IMG/VR virus record: IMGVR_UViG_3300042975_000096
Strand: one strand, 5' to 3'
From: a virus
Lineage: Duplodnaviria; Caudoviricetes
Length of the DNA stretch: 64,000 bases
In this document: piece after piece, positions 29,626 through 38,328 of the stretch
Position numbering within the stretch: the stretch's first letter is position 1
Layout of the letters: each line of letters opens with the position of its first letter
Notes under the pieces: model-generated
What the model was told of the DNA's origin: nothing
Databases searched by the model: none
Seen by the model: the letters and a program-made list of their open reading frames with translations, nothing else
Translations under genes and position numbers: made by a program

Positions 29626-31299
29626 TTAACTTTCACCTTCACAAATATAATCGCCACAATCTAATTCTTCAGCACGATACCATTTTGGCTCTCGAATACC
29701 ATTATCAAAATCATGTTTTTTAATTGCCAATATTTTATGGTCTAAAGTAACATTTTTAATCACTTTTTCATCACAAGCAATTGAAGCAACCTTTTCTTCA
29801 ATATCATATTCATGTTTTGCAATCACCGGATGTTTCAATTCATCATGACAATAAACGACATCTCCAATAGAAACATTCTTTAATGGTTTAATCCCGTTTG
29901 TTGTTTTAACAACGTTATCTCCATCAAAGCAACCTCTACCTGGACCCAATGGCACATTATTTGTATGGCAAAAATCAGCAATATCATAATAAATCAAAAA
30001 ATAATCTGGGAAATCCATCTTATCAATAATTCCCAATTCATATTTAAGTCTATCACGATATTCTTTTGAAGTCAACTTCTTTTCCCTAAGACCCTTAATG
30101 CAAAGATATTTTAAATAATCCTCATTTGGTTTTTCAGGGTGACTAAGTTTGCTTCTCCATTTTTTAAATCCAGGCTCTTCAACAGGAATATTGATTTTTG
30201 GAAGATAATGTTTATCAAAACCAAAATGTACATTACATTGTTTTGCGATTTCTTCTGATTCATCAATTGCTTTTTCAATTGCAACCTGGTCTAAATCATT
30301 ATAATCAATTGTTCCTTCTTCTAGAACATCAATAAATCTATCATGAAACTTTTCGCTATCTTTTTCTACATATTTCATGCCATCATAAATTTTATCAGGC
30401 GATTCATATCTAGCACCATCATAATCATAAACATAAAATTCTTTATCAACATTACGCTTTTCATTATGAACTAAGATTTTTTTATATTTCATTTTTTTCT
30501 TAAATGAAGCAACAATTTCATCCCTAGACATAACATAATAAGAATTCCCCTGAAATCTCCATCTACTAGGGTCACTCATTAAACTTCCACTCTGCAAACA
30601 CAAAAGTACATCATGTGTGCTTTTATCTTCTTTATTGAGATAATGCGCATCTGTTGTAGCAACCAAAGGAATGCTCAAATCTTTGCTAAGTTCAATCAAT
30701 CCCTTATTTACCTTAAACTGCTCTACCATTTCTGTAGGTTGAATTTCCAACCAAAAATTACCATTAAATAATTTTTGATAATATAATGCCTGTTCTTTTG
30801 CAGATTCATAATCATCATGCAATAAACTTTGAGAAATAATTCCTGCCAAACAAGCGGATGTGCCAATTAAATCATTTTCTTTTTCGTCCATAAACATTTT
30901 TAAAACATTGTTATCAATTCTAGGACGATAATACTTTCCTGTAATGAATCCTTCAGAACAAATCTTACATAATTTTTTATAACCATTATTATTTTTAGCT
31001 AAAAGCAAAAAGTGATTTCTATTTGTAGTTGATTCATCTTCTGATTCAGACTTGCCCTTAATCAGTCTATCTTTAACCATATATGCTTCAAAACCAGCTA
31101 TTGGTTTTTGCCCCATTTTTTCTGCTCGTTTAAAGTGGTCAATAATAGTATACATGTTTCCATGGTCTGTAATACAAGATGCAATCTGATTCATTGCTAA
31201 TGTTTTATCAACCAAATCATTTACTTTTATCATTCCATCCAACAAACTACGTTCTGAATGTAAATGTAGATTAACAAAATTATTACTCAAAATATGCAC
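29626..31299 (-). CDS. dnaE: DNA polymerase III alpha, N-terminal half (PHP domain), with C-terminal split-intein N fragment
   Basis: FVNLHLHSERSLLDG, ITDHG, ATTDAHY, FPDYFLI, GPGRG followed by intein CFDGD... Confidence 0.95.
   Translation of the reverse strand: MHILSNNFVNLHLHSERSLLDGMIKVNDLVDKTLAMNQIASCITDHGNMYTIIDHFKRAEKMGQKPIAGFEAYMVKDRLIKGKSESEDESTTNRNHFLLLAKNNNGYKKLCKICSEGFITGKYYRPRIDNNVLKMFMDEKENDLIGTSACLAGIISQSLLHDDYESAKEQALYYQKLFNGNFWLEIQPTEMVEQFKVNKGLIELSKDLSIPLVATTDAHYLNKEDKSTHDVLLCLQSGSLMSDPSRWRFQGNSYYVMSRDEIVASFKKKMKYKKILVHNEKRNVDKEFYVYDYDGARYESPDKIYDGMKYVEKDSEKFHDRFIDVLEEGTIDYNDLDQVAIEKAIDESEEIAKQCNVHFGFDKHYLPKINIPVEEPGFKKWRSKLSHPEKPNEDYLKYLCIKGLREKKLTSKEYRDRLKYELGIIDKMDFPDYFLIYYDIADFCHTNNVPLGPGRGCFDGDNVVKTTNGIKPLKNVSIGDVVYCHDELKHPVIAKHEYDIEEKVASIACDEKVIKNVTLDHKILAIKKHDFDNGIREPKWYRAEELDCGDYICEGES
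29629..29931 (-). other. Split intein N fragment (IntN, 101 aa)
   Basis: Block A CFDGDNVVKT..G.K....V.IGD.V, block B VTLDHKI (TxxH), W..AEEL..GD, then stop. Confidence 0.9.
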
Positions 31300-31412
31300 T
31301 CCCCTTCGTAAATTTATTATATGTATTATTTTAAATTTTTATGATTTTAGCCAAAATGGATGGATGAAAAAGAGCAAAACAATTTTACGTTGTTTTGCTC
31401 TTTTTTTATTTT

Positions 31413-32183
31413 TTAGCAATCAATTGCTTTTCTTTCAATGGTACGCATAATTGAGTATACATTGTTTTTCCAATTTCCATCTGTTGCATAAACCGTATTA
31501 ATTGCCGCAATTGTTCCACCACGGTAATAAGAACCTGATTCATCACAATAATGCTCAGACAAAAACTGTGCTACATATGCGATACATTCAGCTTTTGAAG
31601 AAAAACTTCTTGCTGAACGTGTTGGGTCATTATCATATGCTTGAAAACCAAACAAATTATTTTTCGCATTTGCTAAATACGAACGACCCCATGAAGATTC
31701 ATTTGCTGCAAGTCCTGCCAAAAATACCGCATTAACTCCCGTATTCAGCTCTGCACTAACAAATGCCTCTCCCAAACCTTCAAGACCTGTACCTTCAAAC
31801 GCCTGATTAAGTTCATATGCCGTTACTGTAGATTGTGATTTTACAATAAACGAATATGGACTTGCTCCACTTCCACGATTGGTAATTTCGTGCTCGTTCG
31901 TCATGTGTTTTTCAGTAAGTCTTCCTGTGGTTTTTTCAATCTCGGATTGTTGAACTTGAACCTCCTTGGATATTTGGTTCATTTCTGTATGCATGTCTTC
32001 CATTTGTTGATTGAATTTTTCCATTTGTTCTTGCTGTTGCTGAAACATTAGTTTCTGCTCTTGATAATGTTGATAATCCATGTAGCTATTATATCCAATG
32101 TATGAAGCCATCAATGCTCCAATCAAAATAGCTACCCCTGTCTGTTTATTGTTTTTGATTGTATTAATAATTTTTCCTGTCAT
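31413..32183 (-). CDS. Membrane-anchored glucosaminidase (GH73) cell-wall hydrolase
   Basis: N-terminal TM helix, coiled coil, AANESSWGRS, KNNLFG, YATDGNW. Confidence 0.9.
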   Translation of the reverse strand: MTGKIINTIKNNKQTGVAILIGALMASYIGYNSYMDYQHYQEQKLMFQQQQEQMEKFNQQMEDMHTEMNQISKEVQVQQSEIEKTTGRLTEKHMTNEHEITNRGSGASPYSFIVKSQSTVTAYELNQAFEGTGLEGLGEAFVSAELNTGVNAVFLAGLAANESSWGRSYLANAKNNLFGFQAYDNDPTRSARSFSSKAECIAYVAQFLSEHYCDESGSYYRGGTIAAINTVYATDGNWKNNVYSIMRTIERKAIDC

Positions 32184-32317
32184 TCTCGCTCGTATGCAAC
32201 ACCTGTTTTCAAAACAAGCTACGTTTTTTATTACACACGATTTTCACATCCTTCCTTTTCATTTATTTTTATTTTTTAACCAACACGTTTTTGTGGTTAA
32301 TTTCATTTGATAATCAT

Positions 32318-32346
32318 ATTATAGCATACCGTATTCCATTTGTCAA
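32318..32346 (-). promoter_or_regulatory. Consensus sigma-A promoter for the GH73 gene
   Basis: TTGACA-17 nt-TATAAT with TG extension. Confidence 0.8.
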
Positions 32347-32407
32347 CAATATGCAAAAAAGTGGTCACAAAAACCATGACCACTTTTGAAAAACTAACTT
32401 GATTTAA

Positions 32408-33100
32408 TTAGCCTAACATTGATAAAGCGTCTTGCTTCTCGTTTACAAAGCGATTATGTAGACCTTCCTTTACTACTGTATAAGAACCATTCGCCCAATC
32501 CTGTGGACTATGATACAAACCATTTGAATTTTCGGTTGCATTATCACATTCCTCAATCAAGAAGTCATAAATGTTTGCAATCATATCATAATCAAATTTT
32601 GCATCATCAACATATGATAAATTATCATATCCCATACGATTACATGCAATCGTATATAATTCAACCATATTACCTGAACCATATTGTGTAGCACGACTCA
32701 TCAAAACAGCTTGCATAGCTTCAGATTTTGTCGTAATATCATAATAATTATTCTTTAGTTTTTCAGCAGAACTATCAAAATACACACTTTGAGCATATGC
32801 ATCTTGCAATTCGCCAAATCCTTCAGGGTCATTTGCCCCAATTTCACGCCACGTATCAATAAATTCTTGGGAATTTACTTCATACTGACTTAATGTACGA
32901 CCATAATTAGCTAATGCATCATTTTCATAATTACATGCAAAATTCAAAAACGTTGTGAGTGCGCCCATATTGGAAGCCAATTGATAAATACCATATGAAA
33001 TTCCACCTAAGTCACCCTCACCCGTAGAAACCGCTCCCGGGTCTCCACTAGCTTCATACTTACGTACTAAACAAGAAATATTTGACATTGTTAAATTCAC
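32408..33100 (-). CDS. Lysozyme-like peptidoglycan hydrolase (VgrG3 C-terminal-like), candidate lysin
   Basis: KYEASGDPGAVSTG.GD.GGISYGIYQL, SRATQYG, NRFVNEKQDAL. Confidence 0.65.
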   Translation of the reverse strand: MNLTMSNISCLVRKYEASGDPGAVSTGEGDLGGISYGIYQLASNMGALTTFLNFACNYENDALANYGRTLSQYEVNSQEFIDTWREIGANDPEGFGELQDAYAQSVYFDSSAEKLKNNYYDITTKSEAMQAVLMSRATQYGSGNMVELYTIACNRMGYDNLSYVDDAKFDYDMIANIYDFLIEECDNATENSNGLYHSPQDWANGSYTVVKEGLHNRFVNEKQDALSMLG

Positions 33101-33158
33101 CTACCTTTTTTATTTTTTGTAGTATTCCTACATTAATGTAATATGTTGAGATACAAAA

Positions 33159-33234
33159 AATATAACCACTACATGTAGTGGTTATATTGATTAGAATTAC
33201 TCTATATAGTGTTTTTGCCACTATATAGAGTAAT
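33159..33234. repeat. Two adjacent perfect inverted repeats downstream of array 3
   Basis: 30-bp perfect palindrome AATATAACCACTACATGTAGTGGTTATATT (33159-33188) and a 16-bp stem hairpin (33196-33234). Confidence 0.85.
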
Positions 33235-33449
33235 ATTTCGATTCACGCACCTCGTAGAGGTGCGACGTTAGCAAGGTAGCAGATAACAAGCGATTAGCGG
33301 ACATTTCAATTCACGCACCCATACAGGGTGCGACTATCAGGATTGCACAAATTTCAATTCACGCACCTCTGCGAGGTGCGACGTTATATTTCTTTTCCGT
33401 TTCTCTATTTTATCTATATTTCAATTCACGCACCTCTGCGAGGTGCGAC
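33235..33449 (-). CRISPR. Type I-C-like CRISPR mini-array 3 (4 repeats; spacers of 36/16/35 nt)
   Basis: Repeats at 33235, 33303, 33351, 33418. Confidence 0.95.
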
Positions 33450-33649
33450 AGCACACATGCCAAAGCCTTGCTACGCAAGGGCTGAAATGGCACTTTGTGC
33501 GAACCCCTTAATGTTTTACAAAATTCATTGACATATCTACATGCAAATACGTATGAACCCTGTAAAACAAAGAGGTGCGAAGCACCTAGTGTTTTTCTGT
33601 TCACTTATGCTTCGCACTTATTATAACATTCTATTTATCATTTTGTCAA
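33450..33649 (-). promoter_or_regulatory. CRISPR leader 3 with sigma-A promoter
   Basis: Copy of leader 1 with a few substitutions; TTGACA-18-TATAAT at 33620-33649. Confidence 0.9.
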
Positions 33650-33653
33650 GTAA

Positions 33654-35750
33654 TTATTTTATTTTTATTTTCAATCTACGTTTTTCCGTTAAATCATCCG
33701 ATTCAACTAAATAACCCAATACAGAATCGCAACAATCTTTAGTGCTATCATAAAGTCTAGCGCAACCATTATCGGTTGCAACAACCTTTGCACCTTTTTC
33801 TGATTTTCCCACAAAATTAACACGAACACGTCCTGATAATGCAACAGGAATAAAATCGCTATTTGCTTCTTCTATGGTCTGTCCGTCTGTTGCTAATACA
33901 CCACCAACAATATGTCCATAAGAATCAGAATGAACCCCAATTACACATTTAGCGTTTTCAGTTGCCTTAATATATTGTTCTTTATCTGAATTCAAATCTA
34001 ACATAACTACATCACCAGGCAATGTTTCCTCTCCACGTGGGAAAAATTCTGCATAGTCATTATAGATTGCGTTATGTACTTTAGGAGCAGTAAACTCACT
34101 ATAACTATGTAGATACGTTCCATCATAAGCCAATCTTGCTTGATTAATATTACCAAAATAAACTGGATTACCCTCCATTACAATTCTTGCGCCTGAACCA
34201 CCATAACGTGTTGTAACATTCAAGTGGCAAATATTTGTTTCAGCCATTGCATTTAAATTTTTAGAAACATTAAGGGTTTCCACATCCTCTGAATTTACAT
34301 TAATATAGTCCGCATGAAAACCTCCAGGTCTATCCATTAAATATACACTATCATCATAAAACGGAGTAGTTCTTGAACTTCCATCAGAACCTAATACATA
34401 ACCTTTTTTCGTTGCATTGTGATTTATTTTAATTTCTGTAGAATAATCAGATTCACTTGAAGTATCTGCATTACCTTGTAGATGTCCAACAAATGTATTT
34501 GCGGTAATAGACCCCTTATTTTTATCTAACATTACCGCTGAATCACAAATTAAAGTATTATATGCTCCATATTGAGGTGTTGCGGTAATATATCCTTGTG
34601 AGTAATCCTCATTATTAACCATAACCTTATCTGCATTCATTGCATGATTAGCTTCATTTGAAAGCCCTGTCAAATTACCATCAATATTTTTCCCATTAAT
34701 CTTAACACAATCTCTACTAAGTCTCCAATATTCTATAGAAGAAGGAGATAAAGCTTCCATTACATTATTAATTTCAACCTGTGCAGAACCATAGATACAT
34801 AATTTCATATCATCTGCCCAGCCATTTTTTAATGTTTTCAAATATATCTTTAGCTTTCCATCAATGGTATTATATGCAACAATATCACAGTCTCTTAATG
34901 TACCAATAACCAATCCATTTAAGAACGCACCCTCACGATTTGAAGCACAAACAGTTATATGTGCTTTTCCTTCATCTTTTGCCCATCCTCCAATATGACC
35001 TTCAATCAATACATAATCATATGTAGTGGTATTACTAGAAGGTAAAGTACATAACAAACGGTATGTATCAAACGCAGGATGGTCTGCATTTAAACGAATA
35101 TTTAATGGCATGATTTTTTCAGACGTTACATCAATTTTAACATCTTCACTACCATCAAACATAGTTGAACCTGAAATCAAATTTGTTAACTCTATCTTTC
35201 TAGGATATTTTAATTTATGTGCAACATTTGCTTCTTCCGCAACAATTTTAATACCATCTTTATCATGTGGATTGTCACCTGGGTCTTCATCCTCTGTATC
35301 AGTGATGTTTTTTCCATTATCATCTTTAATCGGATTTCCATCTTCATCTTTTCCACCAGTTAATTCATACAAATAAACAAAGCGTTTCCATCCTGACCAT
35401 TCATTACTTGAAGCCTTACTATAGCGATAATACCATTTACCGTTTTTAACTGGATGTAATTCATCTTGTTGAACGACCATAATTTGATATTTATATCTTC
35501 CCATACCAACATTAAGCAACGTTCCAACCGTACAGAAGTTCTCTGCCAAATTATATTCTGATAAAATAGCATATACATTCATTCCTGTATCTGGCCATAG
35601 ACCTGGAGCATCATTTGAATTCGTCACTCCTGTAGGAAACTTTAATGTTCCGCTAAATATATCATAAACTCTATCTAATTTTTCTCCATATATGGCTTGC
35701 TGTTCCGCAAGCTTTTTATACAATTCTAATAGCGATAATTCTTGCGCCAT
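33654..35750 (-). CDS. Tail fibre/spike protein with probable C-terminal autocleaving chaperone (peptidase G2-like) domain
   Basis: WSGWKR, A.KL.YPRKI.L...SGSTMFDGS.D, NDYAEFF...PGDVV...IGVHS...PVALSGRVRV. Confidence 0.75.
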   Translation of the reverse strand: MAQELSLLELYKKLAEQQAIYGEKLDRVYDIFSGTLKFPTGVTNSNDAPGLWPDTGMNVYAILSEYNLAENFCTVGTLLNVGMGRYKYQIMVVQQDELHPVKNGKWYYRYSKASSNEWSGWKRFVYLYELTGGKDEDGNPIKDDNGKNITDTEDEDPGDNPHDKDGIKIVAEEANVAHKLKYPRKIELTNLISGSTMFDGSEDVKIDVTSEKIMPLNIRLNADHPAFDTYRLLCTLPSSNTTTYDYVLIEGHIGGWAKDEGKAHITVCASNREGAFLNGLVIGTLRDCDIVAYNTIDGKLKIYLKTLKNGWADDMKLCIYGSAQVEINNVMEALSPSSIEYWRLSRDCVKINGKNIDGNLTGLSNEANHAMNADKVMVNNEDYSQGYITATPQYGAYNTLICDSAVMLDKNKGSITANTFVGHLQGNADTSSESDYSTEIKINHNATKKGYVLGSDGSSRTTPFYDDSVYLMDRPGGFHADYINVNSEDVETLNVSKNLNAMAETNICHLNVTTRYGGSGARIVMEGNPVYFGNINQARLAYDGTYLHSYSEFTAPKVHNAIYNDYAEFFPRGEETLPGDVVMLDLNSDKEQYIKATENAKCVIGVHSDSYGHIVGGVLATDGQTIEEANSDFIPVALSGRVRVNFVGKSEKGAKVVATDNGCARLYDSTKDCCDSVLGYLVESDDLTEKRRLKIKIK

Positions 35751-35823
35751 TTAAAAATCACCAACTTTTTATTATTTATACTCTTTTTATTATCTATAAC
35801 AAAATATACATAGTTTATATACC

Positions 35824-36363
35824 TTACCGGTATACCCATTGCCGTTGAGCGTAGCTACGTATACGTACTGGGGCTGGATTACTCTTAATTGCCTTACCAT
35901 GTGGACGTAAAGCTTTTTTCAAGTTTTGTTTTTGTGTTTGATATGCAGATAACAATGAAGATGCAATTGATTGATAACCAGCTGCTGCATTAATATTTAA
36001 TGAAATACCATTATCTGAATAACTAAAGCTTTCTCCTGTCTGCACAATGGCTTCACCCATTAAAGCACTAATCAATGCTCCTGCTAATATACAACCATGC
36101 CAACTAATTGGTACATCACCTAGCATATATACAGTAAACGGCGGTTCTGCATTTATATCTGCCATTGCAATTTGTAAATATATTAACAATAATTCATCTG
36201 ACCATCTATATCCTCTTTGTTTTTCAACTAAGGTATTCAAACTTCTAAATTGTTCATCTGGCATATCTTTCAACATAGCCCTTAATTTGTGAACCAAATC
36301 TCTTTCTTCATCTGTTAATGGAGAAATCGAACTATCTTGCGAAGATTGCAAAATAATTGGCAT
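35824..36363 (-). CDS. Putative head-tail connector/neck protein
   Basis: LR..LKD, WSDELL..YL..A, FSYSDNGISL pattern resembling phage head-completion proteins. Confidence 0.5.
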   Translation of the reverse strand: MPIILQSSQDSSISPLTDEERDLVHKLRAMLKDMPDEQFRSLNTLVEKQRGYRWSDELLLIYLQIAMADINAEPPFTVYMLGDVPISWHGCILAGALISALMGEAIVQTGESFSYSDNGISLNINAAAGYQSIASSLLSAYQTQKQNLKKALRPHGKAIKSNPAPVRIRSYAQRQWVYR

Positions 36364-36433
36364 ATTTATCACCACTTTTATAAAAAATTAAAACCTTACT
36401 AATAGATAAATACATCCATAGTAAGGTTTTAAT

Positions 36434-37324
36434 TTAATAGTTAGTAACCAACACTTCAACTGTTTTACTAACTCTATCCTTTTTATGATAGCTTGCATTA
36501 CCATAATCATAATTCAAATAATGCACATTATATTTTTTAGACCAACCAATTAATAAATCATTGCTTTTCCCATTAACCTCAAATACATTTGATAATGCAA
36601 ATTTACATTTTAATGAATTTAGCAAATCAAACAAATCTTGTTCTTCTTTTTCCGTCCATAATTTATTATAAACCGAATCCGTTATTAAATACGGAACATC
36701 ACAATAAATTAATGTATTCTTATCTATATTATTAAAATCAATTTTTCTAAAATCTTTATTCATAAAAGCAATATTCTTTTGTTTCATTAAATTAGAAAAA
36801 TCAACTACTTTTTTTCTTAGTCTTTTATTGAAATCGGATTTGCCAACAGGCATATTATAATATCCATCTTTATTAAACCGAATTTGATTGTTAAATGAAA
36901 ACATAATTATTGCAAAAAACAATTCAATATCAATAATCCCTTGAGTTTTTAAATCATTAAAATCTTCTCTTAATGCAAGATAATTTTCCTTATTATAATG
37001 ACTCAATCCCCAATTATTATGTCCATTATTATAATATTTAATGCCATTTAAATGTGATTCCGATAAATGATAGTCATTAACAATATTTTCAATATTATGA
37101 ATAATCACATTAGATTCTGTTTCGTTCAAATATTTCAACAATCGAATTACATATGAATCAATATCATTCATAATTACATTTTTTGATTTAACGTTAATAC
37201 CTACATTACCGCCACCACAAAACAAATCAATAAAACTATCTGTATCATAAAACAACGGAATTATTTGTGGCAATAATTTATATTTTCCCCCTGTATAATT
37301 TAACGGACTTTGTACGAAATCCAT
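36434..37324 (-). CDS. Second Dam-family DNA adenine methyltransferase (DVPY variant)
   Basis: SPLNYTGGKYKLL, FIDLFCGGGNV, IRFNKDG.YN.P.G, YCDVPY, EVLVTNY. Confidence 0.85.
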   Translation of the reverse strand: MDFVQSPLNYTGGKYKLLPQIIPLFYDTDSFIDLFCGGGNVGINVKSKNVIMNDIDSYVIRLLKYLNETESNVIIHNIENIVNDYHLSESHLNGIKYYNNGHNNWGLSHYNKENYLALREDFNDLKTQGIIDIELFFAIIMFSFNNQIRFNKDGYYNMPVGKSDFNKRLRKKVVDFSNLMKQKNIAFMNKDFRKIDFNNIDKNTLIYCDVPYLITDSVYNKLWTEKEEQDLFDLLNSLKCKFALSNVFEVNGKSNDLLIGWSKKYNVHYLNYDYGNASYHKKDRVSKTVEVLVTNY

Positions 37325-37380
37325 CCCATATTTCTCTCCCCATCTAAATAATGGGATGCTATTGCACATCCCATCTCATA

Positions 37381-37767
37381 TTAATAATCGTATTCATCGC
37401 TATAATCGTAATATTGTTCTGCCTCATCATAAATATATTCGGCAATATTTTTCAAAAAAGTATGATTGTGAACCAAATCTGAAATAGTTTCGCTTTTATC
37501 ATCATTCGAAATAGTAACATCATTATCGTATTCATAATCTTCCATTGCAATTTCAATCAATGCAAATAAAAATTCTTTATCGTCTTCTAAAGAATCTTCT
37601 AAACAAGCCATTTCTTCATCCGTTCTATTTTCATAGTTAATCATATCTTTGGCATCTGTTTTGCAAAAATTATCTAATTCTGTTTTTAATCTTCCTGTTG
37701 GTTCTTTTGTAAAATCAATGATTTCATTGTCATAACTTTTTGAGGCAATTAATCGTTTTTTTCTCAA
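37381..37767 (-). CDS. Acidic hypothetical protein
   Basis: 128 aa, N-terminal KKRLIA. Confidence 0.6.
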   Translation of the reverse strand: MRKKRLIASKSYDNEIIDFTKEPTGRLKTELDNFCKTDAKDMINYENRTDEEMACLEDSLEDDKEFLFALIEIAMEDYEYDNDVTISNDDKSETISDLVHNHTFLKNIAEYIYDEAEQYYDYSDEYDY

Positions 37768-38156
37768 TTTTCCTTAAACTCCTTTTCTACTGTTGATTCA
37801 CTAGAAGATGTATCTTTATTATCGTGATTAAGATTTTCTTCTTCAACCTCTCTATCTTCCATATGTTCGCAATCATCTTTAATTATCTTATCCAAATGAC
37901 CTTCTAATTCTAAGCGGTCATCGTCTTCATTCTGAACAATATTATTATCATACAGAAAATATTGTAAAATGGTTTCATCCCAATCTGAAAATTTATCTCT
38001 CATCCATGCTTTAAATATTTTGCCAATACGTTGTGCTTCATCGTTATCGTCTTCGTGAATATCCAAAACATATTTCATAGTTAAAATAATTGATTTTCTT
38101 TTTCTACGTGGTTTTGCTGTGGTCATCTTTGTTAAACGTTTTTTCAACAAACTCAC
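37764..38156 (-). CDS. Acidic hypothetical protein
   Basis: 130 aa, N-terminal KKRLTK. Confidence 0.6.
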   Translation of the reverse strand: MSLLKKRLTKMTTAKPRRKRKSIILTMKYVLDIHEDDNDEAQRIGKIFKAWMRDKFSDWDETILQYFLYDNNIVQNEDDDRLELEGHLDKIIKDDCEHMEDREVEEENLNHDNKDTSSSESTVEKEFKEN

Positions 38157-38328
38157 CTACCTTATCTTTTATATCTATTATTAAAATATTTTTTATACAC
38201 AAAAAAATATTAGTTTACAGATAAAACCCCTAGTTTTATTCTATTCAAGCAAGGCGATAAAAGTTAAGATAAACCCATATTTATTAAATGAACCCTATAT
38301 AAATGAAAAGAATCGAGGTGGATTATTT

